A stretch of DNA of 64,000 nucleotides from Nitrosopumilus sp. (GCA_964225545.1 CAXQPB010000037.1:1989-65988); one strand, 5' to 3'; positions 47,820 to 58,324 are shown, counted from the stretch's first letter. The notes: generated by a model not told the origin, from the sequence alone. Numbers and translations: made by a program.

Positions 47820-48461
47820 TCAGTCGACCGAAGCCGGCGCGTACTGCATGACAAGATGCGCCACTGCGGGTTCCGAGCCCGGATTTTCGTAGCTGTGCGG
47901 GATATCGGCACGGAAGAAGATGGTATCGCCCGGACCGAGTCGACCTTCCTTCTCTCCGGCTTTGATGACCAACGTTCCGCTCTTCACGACGATGTGCTCG
48001 TACGTACCCGCCGCATGCGGCTCGGCAGGCTCGAAGCATCCCGGATCGAGAGTGAGCTCGTAGACCTCCGGGGTTCGCGGGTCCCCCTGGAGATACAGGA
48101 CTCGCGAGCGGAAGCTGCCGGCAGCATCGACGATGACGCTTCCGCGATCCGACGGCTGGATACGAAAGTCGGGATCAGAGGCCTGGGCGAGAACCGTGTT
48201 CGCGAGCAGCATTCCGAAGGGGACCTGCAAAGCCGTCGCAAGGTGCCAGATCGCACGCAGACTCGGGACCGCTTTTCCGCCCTCGAGCTTCTCGAGCAGA
48301 TCGACGCGGATTCCACTGCGCTCGGCCACTGTCTCCATGGACAATCCGCGGGCCTGACGATGTCTGGCTACATTCTCGCCGACCGCCCGACCGATCTCCC
48401 GCCCCTCGGGGCTGTCGGGACCACGCAGGCTGTCGATGCGATCCGCCCGCATCTCCTCCAT
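47820..48461 (-). CDS. XRE-family HTH transcriptional regulator with a C-terminal cupin domain.
   Basis: HTH (LSMETVAERSGIRVDLLEKLEGGK) plus a cupin with conserved His/Glu. Start at ATG 48459-48461; the alternative is 48452. Confidence 0.7.
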   Translation of the reverse strand: MEEMRADRIDSLRGPDSPEGREIGRAVGENVARHRQARGLSMETVAERSGIRVDLLEKLEGGKAVPSLRAIWHLATALQVPFGMLLANTVLAQASDPDFRIQPSDRGSVIVDAAGSFRSRVLYLQGDPRTPEVYELTLDPGCFEPAEPHAAGTYEHIVVKSGTLVIKAGEKEGRLGPGDTIFFRADIPHSYENPGSEPAVAHLVMQYAPASVD

Positions 48462-48913
48462 CAACGCCTCGGCGAGAGAGTCGTTGTTATCGGTGGTTTC
48501 CTTGGCGCTCACGGACCTGAACCAATCAAGTTTTCGGCACTGCCGCAATCCTTCGTGGCCCTGCGGCCAAAACCGGCGTCCCCGCAGCCGGCGGAACGCT
48601 TTGCGCGGGCCTCGGGCAGGTTCATCACGCCGTACCGCACTCCCGGGAGGGCATTGCGCGACCGACACCGCACGCTAAACTCATCCCGTGAGTTCGCGGC
48701 TCCAGAATCTGATCACGTTCGTCCTGCTGCTGGCCGTCCTGAACCTGCTGATGAAGGACCTGGACCTCGGCGTCCACTTTTCCATCGCAGGCAGCGTAGT
48801 GCTCACCCTGGTCGTGAATGCCCTTGTAAACGGCTTCGGAGGCGGGCGCGACGACTGAAGCCGTACGCTCAGTCTGCGCAAACCGGTTCGCAGTCCTGAC
48901 GGAGTGAGTTCGT

Positions 48914-50932
48914 TCAGGTCTCGAACTCGACAAGCACATCCCCGGCGTCGACCGCCTGGCCCACCTCGACGTGAATTTTTGCGATACGTCCGTCACGGGG
49001 GGCGGCCACACCGCTCTGCATCTTCATCGACTCGAGCGTAAGCAGGACATCCCCTGCGTGAACCTCATCCCCTGCCTCGACGCGCACGTCCACAACCAGG
49101 CCCGGCATCGGACAGTCGAGGACCCCGCTGTCGCCGCCGTCGGTCGGCTCCGGCATCAGGTCCGCAAGACGCCACTCCCTCGGAGTGTAAATCTCGAACG
49201 TCCGCTTCACGCCGCAGTGCGCCGCGCCGATGAAGCTCTCGTCGTAATACAGAACAAAGCGCTCTCGATGTCCGTCAATTTCCAGCCGCAGGCGGCGCCG
49301 GTAGAACTCGAACGGAGGCGTTGTCACATCGTAGCTGCAGTTGTCGACGCCGACTTTCCATCGACCGGCGCCGCCCTGCGCTGACAGCCGGACCTCGAAG
49401 GCGTCGTCGCCACACTTGGCGAAGTAGACAACTTCATCCGCCCCTTCGGCCCGCACCCCGCCACTGCGCGGCGCCATCGGCTTGAGCGACTCGACCACGA
49501 GACCGCGGCGGTTGTGATGCACAAGCACGGTCGCGATCGCCATGTAGTGAAGTCGCTCGATCGGCGGCACCGGTCGCGCGTCCTCCGGATCCATATGCTC
49601 GGCGATGAAATTCGTCGTCATATCGCCGGCAACGAAACGCGGATGGTTGAGGATCTCGTTTGCGTAGTCGAGATTGGTCGACGGCCCCTCGATGTGGTAG
49701 CCGTTCAGAGCGTCGATCAGCGTCAGGCGCGCTTCTTCCCGCGTCGCACCGAAACCCACGACCTTCGACAGCAGCGAGTCGTAGTACACGCTGATGTTGC
49801 TGCCCGCCTCGACGCCGCTGTCAACCCGGACAGCGGCGCCACGGGGCTCCGAGTAGCGGGTAATCGGCCCTGTCGAGGGAGCGAAGCCTCGCTCCGGGTC
49901 CTCGGCGCAGATTCTCGCCTCGATTGCCCAGCCGTTGATCTGTATCCGGTCCTGCTCGAGCCCGATCGGCTCGCCCATCGCAATGCGAAGCTGCCGCTCG
50001 ACGAGATCGAGGCCCGTGACGAACTCCGTGACGGGATGCTCGACCTGCAAGCGCGTGTTCATCTCGAGGAAGTAAAAGCTCTCGTCCTCATCGAGGATGA
50101 ACTCGACCGTGCCGGCGTTCACATACCCCGCCGCTCGCGCCAGCGAGCACGCCGACTCGCCCATACGCGCTCTCAGCGCCTCACCGACAACTGGAGACGG
50201 AGCCTCCTCGATGATCTTCTGATACCGACGTTGGATCGAGCACTCACGTTCCCCAAGATAGACGACGTCCCCGTGAGAGTCGGCGAGAATCTGGATCTCG
50301 ACGTGTCGCGGACGTCCAATGAATTTCTCGACGAAGACGCGGTCGTCGTTGAAAGCCTTGCGCGCCTCGGCCATCGACCCCGCCAGCGCCTCGCCCATTT
50401 CGGACTCGGCCTCGACGACCCGCATGCCTTTGCCACCGCCGCCGGCTGCCGGCTTGAGAAGCACCGGGTAACCGATCTCCGCGGCGGCAGCGAGCGCGGC
50501 CGATTCTTCGGCGACCGGCTCCTGCAAGCCGGGAATGGTCGGCACCCCAGCCTTGGTCGCGAGCTTCTTCGCGGCCATTTTGTCACCCATGACAACGATC
50601 GCATCCGCGGGCGGTCCCACGAAGTGGAGCCCCGCCTCGGCCACTGCACGGGAGAACGCCGCGTTCTCCGACAGAAATCCGTAGCCGGGATGGACGGCAT
50701 CGGCTCCTGTCTCTCGTGCGGCCTCGATGATTCGATCGATGACGAGGTAAGACTCCATGGCGGTTGCGCCGCCGAGTGCCACCGCCTCGTCGGCAGCTTT
50801 GACGTGGACGCTCCTGGCGTCCGGATCCGAGTGGACGGCAACGGTCGCGACGCCGAGTTTGCGACAGGTCCGCATCACGCGGACCGCGATTTCGCCGCGA
50901 TTGGCGATAAGAACTTTCTCAGGCAGCTTCAT
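48914..50932 (-). CDS. Acetyl-/propionyl-CoA carboxylase alpha subunit (biotin carboxylase with a biotin carboxyl carrier domain).
   Basis: Biotin carboxylase ATP-grasp motifs and a C-terminal biotinyl domain with the ESMKMQ biotinylation motif. Confidence 0.9.
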   Translation of the reverse strand: MKLPEKVLIANRGEIAVRVMRTCRKLGVATVAVHSDPDARSVHVKAADEAVALGGATAMESYLVIDRIIEAARETGADAVHPGYGFLSENAAFSRAVAEAGLHFVGPPADAIVVMGDKMAAKKLATKAGVPTIPGLQEPVAEESAALAAAAEIGYPVLLKPAAGGGGKGMRVVEAESEMGEALAGSMAEARKAFNDDRVFVEKFIGRPRHVEIQILADSHGDVVYLGERECSIQRRYQKIIEEAPSPVVGEALRARMGESACSLARAAGYVNAGTVEFILDEDESFYFLEMNTRLQVEHPVTEFVTGLDLVERQLRIAMGEPIGLEQDRIQINGWAIEARICAEDPERGFAPSTGPITRYSEPRGAAVRVDSGVEAGSNISVYYDSLLSKVVGFGATREEARLTLIDALNGYHIEGPSTNLDYANEILNHPRFVAGDMTTNFIAEHMDPEDARPVPPIERLHYMAIATVLVHHNRRGLVVESLKPMAPRSGGVRAEGADEVVYFAKCGDDAFEVRLSAQGGAGRWKVGVDNCSYDVTTPPFEFYRRRLRLEIDGHRERFVLYYDESFIGAAHCGVKRTFEIYTPREWRLADLMPEPTDGGDSGVLDCPMPGLVVDVRVEAGDEVHAGDVLLTLESMKMQSGVAAPRDGRIAKIHVEVGQAVDAGDVLVEFET

Positions 50933-50934
50933 CT

Positions 50935-52512
50935 TCAGAGCGGTACGTTCCCATGCTTGCGCGCGGGACCGTCGACCTCCTTTCCTTCAAGCATCTGGAA
51001 TGCGCGGATCAGTCGTCGTCGAGTTTCGCGCGGGATGATGACCTCGTCGACATATCCGCGTCGCGCGGCGACGAAAGGATTGACGAACGCGGCCCGGTAC
51101 TCCTCGAGCTTTGTCTCGAGAAACGCCTCCGGGTCATCGGCCTCGGAGATCTCTTTGCGGTAAACGATCTCGGCAGCACCCTTCGGCCCCATCACTGCGA
51201 TCTCGGCCGTCGGCCACGCGTAAACCATGTCGCCATGAATGTGCTTGGAGTTCATGACGACGTACGCGCCGCCATAGGCCTTGCGCACAAGCACCGTCAC
51301 CCTCGGTACCGTAGCCTCTGAAAACGCGTAGAGCAGCTTCGCTCCGTGTCGGATAATTCCGCCGTGCTCCTGCTCGGGGCCGGGCATGAACCCCGGTACG
51401 TCGACGAGTGTTACCAGCGGGATGTTGAAGTCGTCGCAGAAGCGCACGAACCGGGCCGCCTTCGCCGAGGCATCGCAATCGAGCACACCGGCGAGAACCG
51501 CCGGCTGGTTCGCGACCAGACCGATCGTCTCTCCGCCAAGTCTGCCGAGTCCGCAGATAATGTTACGAGCGAAGCCGGCGTGGACTTCCATGAACTCGCC
51601 ACCATCGAGAATGCTGCGGATCAGGATGCGCATGTCGTAGGTCTGCGTTGCATTCAAAGGAACGAGATGGTCGAGCGCGGGGTCGAGGCGATCGTCCGGA
51701 TCAAGCAGATCCAGCGTAGGCGCGGTCTGCTGGTTGTTCGACGGGAGATAATTGATCAACCGACGGACTTCGCGCAGGCAGCGAATGTCGTTGTCCGCGA
51801 CAAAATGAGCGACACCGCTCTTGCTCGAATGCACTCCGGCACCGCCGAGCTCGTCAAACCCGATCTCCTGATGCGTAACCGTTTTCACGACGTCCGGGCC
51901 GGTGACGAACATGAACGCGTTCGCCGCCACCATGAAGGTGAAGTCGGTAATTGCAGGGCTGTAGACCGCCCCACCGGCGCATGGGCCCATGATGCAGGAG
52001 ATCTGAGGTACCACACCGCTCGCGCGAACGTTTCGATGGAAGATCTCCCCGTAGGCCGCCAGCGAGTCGACGCCCTCCTGGATTCGGGCTCCGCCCGAGT
52101 CGTTCAGGCCGATGATCGGCGCACCGACCTTGACCGCCATGTCCATCACCGCGCAGATCTTCTGAGAATGCGCCTCGCCGAGCGAGCCTCCGATGACGGT
52201 GAAATCCTGACTGAAGACGAACACCTCACGACCGTCGACAGTGCCGTGGCCGGTGACCACACCGTCGCCGGGGTACTCGCCCTCGTCACCAAGCGCGCCG
52301 CCGCGGCCGACCTTCAGCATACCCATCTCCTCGAACGATCCCTCGTCGAGCAGAAGCTCGATTCGCTCTCGAGCGGTGAGCTTGCCTTTGTCGTGCTGTA
52401 CTTGAACCCGTTTTTCGCCACCGCCCTCGAGAGCCTCGGTTCTCAGCCGCTCGAGTGTAGCGATCGTCTTTGAGGCCGCGGCGTTTGTACCCCCGCGGAT
52501 ATTCGTTGCCAT
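50935..52512 (-). CDS. Acyl-CoA carboxylase carboxyltransferase beta subunit (propionyl-CoA carboxylase beta / AccD5-like).
   Basis: Carboxyltransferase domains. Start at MATNIRGGTNAAASK (ATG 52510-52512) with an AAGGAG RBS. 2 nt gap to the alpha subunit. Confidence 0.9.
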   Translation of the reverse strand: MATNIRGGTNAAASKTIATLERLRTEALEGGGEKRVQVQHDKGKLTARERIELLLDEGSFEEMGMLKVGRGGALGDEGEYPGDGVVTGHGTVDGREVFVFSQDFTVIGGSLGEAHSQKICAVMDMAVKVGAPIIGLNDSGGARIQEGVDSLAAYGEIFHRNVRASGVVPQISCIMGPCAGGAVYSPAITDFTFMVAANAFMFVTGPDVVKTVTHQEIGFDELGGAGVHSSKSGVAHFVADNDIRCLREVRRLINYLPSNNQQTAPTLDLLDPDDRLDPALDHLVPLNATQTYDMRILIRSILDGGEFMEVHAGFARNIICGLGRLGGETIGLVANQPAVLAGVLDCDASAKAARFVRFCDDFNIPLVTLVDVPGFMPGPEQEHGGIIRHGAKLLYAFSEATVPRVTVLVRKAYGGAYVVMNSKHIHGDMVYAWPTAEIAVMGPKGAAEIVYRKEISEADDPEAFLETKLEEYRAAFVNPFVAARRGYVDEVIIPRETRRRLIRAFQMLEGKEVDGPARKHGNVPL

Positions 52513-52984
52513 TCGCCCGGTTCTCCTTTTTCCAGCCGCAGCCCTCGGCGCGGGTCGACCGATCCTACTGAGTCGGACCGTCGGGTCTAACGCGCAGCGC
52601 TGCCTCGACAAGGGAGAACGAACACGCTGCCGATCGGAGCGCGGCAAAGATTGCTGAGGTCACTCAGGCGTAGAGTCAGCGGGCGACGCCGACACGGAAA
52701 AATCCCTTGGAGCACACCACATTTCCTCCCCACGGGCACAGAGCAACCGAATCCGTTGGCGGGCAAGATTCGAGGCGGGTGTCGCAAACACGTAGGGAAG
52801 GATGAGCCTGAGCACTTTCCCCCACATGCGTATCCACCTGGGTGAAAAATCAGGCCGAATTGAAAAAATTCCCTCTTGAAACCAGCCTTTTACAGTGAAA
52901 TTCTCACGGCACAGTTCATGCACATTCGTGTGCGGTGGGGGACTGATTCATGGCCGAGAGGTCAGAGGCCGACAGGAAACAAAG

Positions 52985-54460
52985 ATGCTTGCCCGAATCC
53001 AAAAAAACCCGCCAATTCTCAAAATTGCGCTCGCATTGGGGCTGATCCCCGGCGCATTCAGTTCACCCTCCCAAGCGGAAGGGCCCAATCTCGGTGATCA
53101 CCGAATCGACCATGCCCGCATCATCGATGGCTCGCTCTCACGCCGCCAGCTCCGCGCCGAAGGATTGCGAATCTTCACGACACCGTTCAACCGCCTCGAT
53201 GGCTACGGCGACGGCCCGATGAACCCCGAGGACACGCTGTCGGCAGGAGGTCGCCCGACTCTGGGAGGAAACGGAACCTACCTTCGTGTAAACGGACTCG
53301 ATGCCCAGACCTGCCTGGAATGCCATACCCAGATCAGCGCGGCCACGATCCCACCGAAGCTGGGCATCGGCGGAGTCGGCGGATCGGCGGCCAACGCGAT
53401 CATTCTACCAACCCAGATCGACACTGCGGACCTCCAGGACGGGGACGGCGAAGCCGGCTTCAATGGCCGATTCGCGAATCCGCCATTCCTGTTCGGAGCG
53501 AGCGGAGTCGAATTGCTGGCACTGGAGATGACCGAGGACCTGCTTGCGCTGCGCGATCAGGCAATCTCGCGGCCCGGCGACCGCATCGCTCTCGTGACGA
53601 AAGGAGTCCGCTTCGGCTCGATCGTTGCCGATGCGAATGGAGGACTCGATACCTCGGCCGTCGAGGGTGTGGACGATGACCTCATCGTGAGACCGTTCGG
53701 ACGCAAGGGTGAGTTCGCCACCACGCGGGACTTCGACATTGAAGCAATGCAGTTCCACTTCGGCATGCAGCCCGTCGAGGTAGTGGGACAGGGAGTGGAC
53801 GGCGATCGCGACGGCGTCGTTGATGAGATCACGGTCGGCGAGCTCTCCGTGCTTCAGATCTTCGCTACGACAGCACCGAGACCTTTCCAGCTCGAGCTGT
53901 CACCCGCCGGGGAGCGAGGGAGCGCGAGCTTTGTCGACCTGGGATGCGAAAACTGCCATCGATCCAGTCTCGATACGCGCGACACAAGCCTGCCACTGCG
54001 ATTTCCGGCGGAGGCCGACCAGCCGAGGCTGAACATCTACCGTCACATCAAGCTCACCCGAGGCGCCCCCGGTTTCGCTCCGAACGCCGGCGGCGGTGTA
54101 ACCGTCCCCTTGTTCGCCGATCTGAAACGACACGACATGGGAGAGGGTCTGGCAGAGGACTTCGGCCTTGTAACTTCCGAGCGGAACCGGGAGTTCACGA
54201 CCGCCAGGCTGTGGGGAATCGCGGATACCGCGCCGTACCTGCACGATGGACGCGCCACGACGCTGACCGATGTCATCCTGATGCATGGTGGCGAAGCTCA
54301 GACAGCCAGGGACCGCTTCGCGGCCCTCTCCGAAGAGGCGCGGTCGGATGTGATCGAGTTTCTGAAGAGCCTGAAAGTGCCCGACGGCAAGTTCTCCCGG
54401 CTTGTGAAACGCGAACCCAAACCGGGGAAAAAGCGTCGCGGAAAACGCGAGGGAAACTAA
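52985..54460 (+). CDS. Secreted DUF1111-family di-heme protein (putative di-heme peroxidase / thiol oxidoreductase-like) with two CxxCH motifs (CLECH, CENCH).
   Basis: Signal peptide (MLARIQKNPPILKIALALGLIPGAFSSPSQA), two heme-c motifs and an approximately 490 aa length typical of DUF1111. Confidence 0.7.
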   Translation: MLARIQKNPPILKIALALGLIPGAFSSPSQAEGPNLGDHRIDHARIIDGSLSRRQLRAEGLRIFTTPFNRLDGYGDGPMNPEDTLSAGGRPTLGGNGTYLRVNGLDAQTCLECHTQISAATIPPKLGIGGVGGSAANAIILPTQIDTADLQDGDGEAGFNGRFANPPFLFGASGVELLALEMTEDLLALRDQAISRPGDRIALVTKGVRFGSIVADANGGLDTSAVEGVDDDLIVRPFGRKGEFATTRDFDIEAMQFHFGMQPVEVVGQGVDGDRDGVVDEITVGELSVLQIFATTAPRPFQLELSPAGERGSASFVDLGCENCHRSSLDTRDTSLPLRFPAEADQPRLNIYRHIKLTRGAPGFAPNAGGGVTVPLFADLKRHDMGEGLAEDFGLVTSERNREFTTARLWGIADTAPYLHDGRATTLTDVILMHGGEAQTARDRFAALSEEARSDVIEFLKSLKVPDGKFSRLVKREPKPGKKRRGKREGN

Positions 54461-54496
54461 CCTGTGAAGAATCCGAATGCGTCGGGCTGAATTCAT

Positions 54497-54796
54497 TCAG
54501 TCCGACGCAACCCCGGACCCGCTCGGAGGTCCCTGCTTCCCCAGGTTCTTCGAATCTTTCTTCGACTCCTCGTACTTGCGCATGAAATCATGCGCCTCTC
54601 CGCAGGCCATCTCGTCGGCGTCGTTGTAGCAGGCAAGGCAAAGTCGACTGCAGAAATCCTGAGCGCGATCAGCCTCTGCCTCATAAGAACGGCACGCTGT
54701 GGCACATTGCTCCAGGTCACCGGCAAATAAAGGGCCGGAGCCGATCAGACACAGCGCGATCGCAGCGAGCGGCGCCCGAAAAGAGTTTCTCTCCAT
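54497..54796 (-). CDS. Small secreted Cys-rich protein (99 aa, 8 Cys), unknown function; last gene of an operon with the giant Kelch/Cys-repeat protein.
   Basis: Signal peptide MERNSFRAPLAAIALCLIGSGPLFA and paired Cys motifs (CATAC, CSRLCLAC, ACGEAH). Confidence 0.45.
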   Translation of the reverse strand: MERNSFRAPLAAIALCLIGSGPLFAGDLEQCATACRSYEAEADRAQDFCSRLCLACYNDADEMACGEAHDFMRKYEESKKDSKNLGKQGPPSGSGVASD

Positions 54797-54886
54797 AAGC
54801 GATCCGTAACAGCGCAGCCGACTCGTTGCACGCCGTAACCCCGGCCGGAAGACACAGGGTTACGGCGAGATCCCATGCACGGGCGA

Positions 54887-57800
54887 TCAGCGGGTACTGC
54901 AGCGAATTCGCGTGTTGCCCTCGCAGTCCATGTCCGGGTCGCTGATACACTCTCCAGATGCCGGATCGCCGAACGTGTAGGTGGCCGTAAGAGGTCCGAT
55001 CTCGTCGCTGATCGGCCCTCCGAGGTTCCCGAGATCAAGGTGGAGATCCCGGATCCTGGCCATCACCCGGATCGTCGAAGATGCCGAGTGGTACTTGATG
55101 CGCAGCCGCGACATTCCCGGTGCCTCGATCGACAGCCGACTCGGGTTGTAGCTGTAGGTCGAGCCGCGCACCCGGAAACCTTCAGCCGGCAGGATCGCCG
55201 CGTAGACGGGCTGGGAGTTCGCGTCGAGGATGACCATGTTGAAGCCGTCGAGCGAAGGCGACTTCGTCACCATCAAGCTGGAGAACGACACCTTGATGTC
55301 CATGCTGTCGTCAGCAGGGCGGGTAGACCGCTTGATTCGGATCCGGCCCTCATCCGCCCGGTTCATTTCACCCGAGATGCATTCCCCTGCCACGCAGAAG
55401 TCATTCATCGTACAGATGTCACCGTCGTCGCATCCATAGCCGTCATCCGCCACCGCCGGCTCGCAGGTGTCGGTCAGCTCGCGGCACTCCTCGATGATAC
55501 AATTCTCCGTGCTCTCACAAGGAGCGAGCGAAGACGCACATCCCGCACCGGCATGGCAGACTTCCGCGCCATTGCAGAACTGGCCATCATCGCAGTGCGC
55601 ATTGTTCGCTGCGTTCACGACAGCGTCGATATCCTCGTCGCAATAGTCATCGGTGCAGGCGACGCCGTCGTCGAGCGACGGGGACACGCCTGCCAGACAA
55701 CCTCGGAAAGCGTCACAGGTTTCCGCTCCGTTGCAGAACTGGCCGTCGTCGCAGTTGGCATCGTCCGTAGAGTGCACCATCGAATCCGTGACCTCGTCAC
55801 AGCTGTCTACCGTGCACGCGATTCCGTCGTCGGTCGACGGAGCCGTACCCGCGAGGCACCCCAGCGACACATCACACACTTCCGGACCGTTGCAGAATTC
55901 GCCGTCGTCACATGAAACGTGAAGCGGCGCATTTGTGATGACATCGGCGACCTCGTCGCAGCCATCGATCGTGCACGCCAGCCCGTCGTCCGTGGACGGC
56001 GGGGTACCCGGCTGACAATCGAGCGTCGCGTCGCAGCTCTCCACGCCGTTGCAGAACTGACCGTCATCGCAGTTGGAATCGTCTGCTGCGTACTCGCACC
56101 CGTCGATGAGATCGCAGATATTGTTCGTACAGCCGACAAAGTCATCACAACGCGCGTCGACAGGGGTGCTCGTGCACCAGCCCGCAACACAGGCCTCCTC
56201 CGTGCAATCTACTCCGTCATCGCAATGCGAGGCGCTGTTGCAGTTTCCGTAGAAGAATACCTCGTGAACCGTGGACCCGGAGAAGCCCTGGGTCGTGCCA
56301 CCGGAAACCGTATGGACGAGCGTGCGGCCGTTGTCCTCGACTGCGGCGACGCCCATGAATCCATGGCGCGGGGTCGGGATACTCATCAGGGAGCGCCATG
56401 TATCAGCGCGGGGGTTGTACTCGTGAACGGCATCCACCACCCCGTTCTCGTTTCCACCGGCTGCCAGTGAGAGCTCTCCAGCGAATACCACGATTCGATC
56501 TTCGACCACGGCTGAGGCGTAGCCTCCACGAGCGATCGGAGGCGGTGCCGCTGCACTCCAACTGCCGGTCGCGATATCGTAGACGTGCGTCGAGTCCACG
56601 ACGGTATTCGTCAACCCGTTCCGACCGGAGACGACGTAAAACTTCGAGTCGATCACGTGAGCCTGCGCGCTGTCCCGAGCCTGAGGCATCGAAGCCAGTG
56701 TGAACCACTCATTGTGTGCGCTGCTGTAAGCCCAGAAGCTGTCGACAGCCGGCTCAGGATCTGAGCCGGAGTCTCCCGTACCTCCAGCGCAATAGATCCA
56801 TCCATTGTGGGACGCGCACGCCATGGAACCGCGAGGCTCCGGCAGCGGCGCCAGCGATTGCCATCCGGCAGCAGGATTGTTCGCGTCGAGCACCAGGAGC
56901 TGGTCAGTCGGCTCACGGACGGTCGTCGAGAGACCTCCCGGCATATAGATCCGGTCTTCGATCACGACCGGTTGTACATGGTTACGACCGTGCCCGTCGT
57001 CATCGAGACCCGGAAGCGACGGCCCGGCCGACCAGGTGTCCGTCGCTATATCGTAAACTTCGACGCTGCGGCCTGCGCCCGACTGCTCACCGCCGATCAG
57101 CCACAGCTTGCCGGTCGTGGCCGCAAGCGCAGCCTCACCTCGAGCGATCGCGTTCGACGCGCGAACATCCCAGTAGCCATCACCCAGACAGTCGTCCTCG
57201 GCGGTGCCAGCGGCATCGGGGCAAAAGTCGCAGGCATCTCCGATCCCGTCGCCATCGCGGTCTGACTGCGAGGGGTTGCTGACCGAGGGGCAGTTGTCAC
57301 GGTCGGCGACAGCCGGCGAGGAGTAGCCTGCACCGGCGCAGATTCCATCGCCGTCTGCATCATCGGTCAGATCATCAGGGCAGAAGTCGAACAGATCGCA
57401 GGTGCCGTCGGCATCGGCGTCTACGCCTCCGGGAAGATGCACACAGTACTCATCGTCATTGCAGACATCGGCAGTGCACGGGTTTCCGTCGTTGCAGTCG
57501 CTATCCTTCTCACACAGCTGTACAAGCCTGTGGATCTCGACAGCCTTGAGTGCTGCGTTCGAGTCACCGCTGTCCGCGCTGTCCTCGGTCAGCTTGATAT
57601 CGAGCCGACCATCGGAGACCGTCGTCGTCGCGCTGCGAACGACAAGACCGCCACAGGCATTCGTCTCCCCGCTCTCGGCACGGGCGCTGGCATACGGATC
57701 GAAGCCGTCGCCTACCGCCGCGCCTCCGTAAACGCGATTCCCTTCAAGTTCGATGTCGATCGTTCGCGACCCTGCCTGACACGCGCCCTGGAATGTCTCG

Positions 57801-58324
57801 GCGAACAGGAGGTTCACGATGTAGTCGCCGTTGGCTACCGGATAGCTTCGCGAAAGCACCGCGGCCCAGCGCTCAGTCGCGAGTATCGCCTCGGTTGAAT
57901 CGTTGCTGCAGCCGAATGCGGCGGTCACCGGAGCGGAATGGAGCAGCACTCCGTGACTCGGGGAGCTTGTTCCTCCGGAGCCGTGATCGACGTTCCAGAC
58001 GTCACCGTTGCAATCGGTGGTCGGAAAAAACACGCCGAGGTCCAGCCGCAAATCAGAGCCGGCAGCACAGTCTGCCGCCCCGGAAGATACCGGAGCGCAG
58101 GTAGCGATCGGACCGTTGCAGCGGTTCAGCATGTCGGCAGGGCACGGATCTACCGCATCTGCCATGCCGTCGCAGTCTGTGTCTCCTGCGGGTGGAAACG
58201 CGCAGCTCGCATTTGCGAGACCGGGTAAGGCACATAGAGCCACACCGATGCATACAATCGCGATACCGGCACGAAGGTGCAGGCGAGAGGGAAGTGAGTG
58301 TTTTGAAATTTTGCCGAAATACAT
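54887..58324 (-). CDS. Giant secreted protein (about 1145 aa). Signal peptide, TSP3-like D-rich Ca-binding repeats, a six-blade Kelch-type beta-propeller, then four or more tandem roughly 50-aa Cys-rich repeats (CDDGxFCNGxExCD...GC..G..PS.DDG.ACT.D.CDE; Myxococcus-type cysteine-rich repeat).
   Basis: Start at MYFGKISKHSL... (ATG 58322-58324) with a signal peptide ...ALPGLANA. Kelch blades (LWLIGG, RIYMPGG, GWIYCAGG, KFYVVSG, RIVVFAG). Repeats read directly from the translation. Confidence 0.75.
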   Translation of the reverse strand: MYFGKISKHSLPSRLHLRAGIAIVCIGVALCALPGLANASCAFPPAGDTDCDGMADAVDPCPADMLNRCNGPIATCAPVSSGAADCAAGSDLRLDLGVFFPTTDCNGDVWNVDHGSGGTSSPSHGVLLHSAPVTAAFGCSNDSTEAILATERWAAVLSRSYPVANGDYIVNLLFAETFQGACQAGSRTIDIELEGNRVYGGAAVGDGFDPYASARAESGETNACGGLVVRSATTTVSDGRLDIKLTEDSADSGDSNAALKAVEIHRLVQLCEKDSDCNDGNPCTADVCNDDEYCVHLPGGVDADADGTCDLFDFCPDDLTDDADGDGICAGAGYSSPAVADRDNCPSVSNPSQSDRDGDGIGDACDFCPDAAGTAEDDCLGDGYWDVRASNAIARGEAALAATTGKLWLIGGEQSGAGRSVEVYDIATDTWSAGPSLPGLDDDGHGRNHVQPVVIEDRIYMPGGLSTTVREPTDQLLVLDANNPAAGWQSLAPLPEPRGSMACASHNGWIYCAGGTGDSGSDPEPAVDSFWAYSSAHNEWFTLASMPQARDSAQAHVIDSKFYVVSGRNGLTNTVVDSTHVYDIATGSWSAAAPPPIARGGYASAVVEDRIVVFAGELSLAAGGNENGVVDAVHEYNPRADTWRSLMSIPTPRHGFMGVAAVEDNGRTLVHTVSGGTTQGFSGSTVHEVFFYGNCNSASHCDDGVDCTEEACVAGWCTSTPVDARCDDFVGCTNNICDLIDGCEYAADDSNCDDGQFCNGVESCDATLDCQPGTPPSTDDGLACTIDGCDEVADVITNAPLHVSCDDGEFCNGPEVCDVSLGCLAGTAPSTDDGIACTVDSCDEVTDSMVHSTDDANCDDGQFCNGAETCDAFRGCLAGVSPSLDDGVACTDDYCDEDIDAVVNAANNAHCDDGQFCNGAEVCHAGAGCASSLAPCESTENCIIEECRELTDTCEPAVADDGYGCDDGDICTMNDFCVAGECISGEMNRADEGRIRIKRSTRPADDSMDIKVSFSSLMVTKSPSLDGFNMVILDANSQPVYAAILPAEGFRVRGSTYSYNPSRLSIEAPGMSRLRIKYHSASSTIRVMARIRDLHLDLGNLGGPISDEIGPLTATYTFGDPASGECISDPDMDCEGNTRIRCSTR
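55500..56100 (-). repeat. Tandem approximately 150 nt repeats encoding the Cys-rich CDDGxFCNG...ETCD modules (approximate coordinates).
   Basis: Four near-identical protein modules in the translation. Coordinates estimated from the protein positions. Confidence 0.5.
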
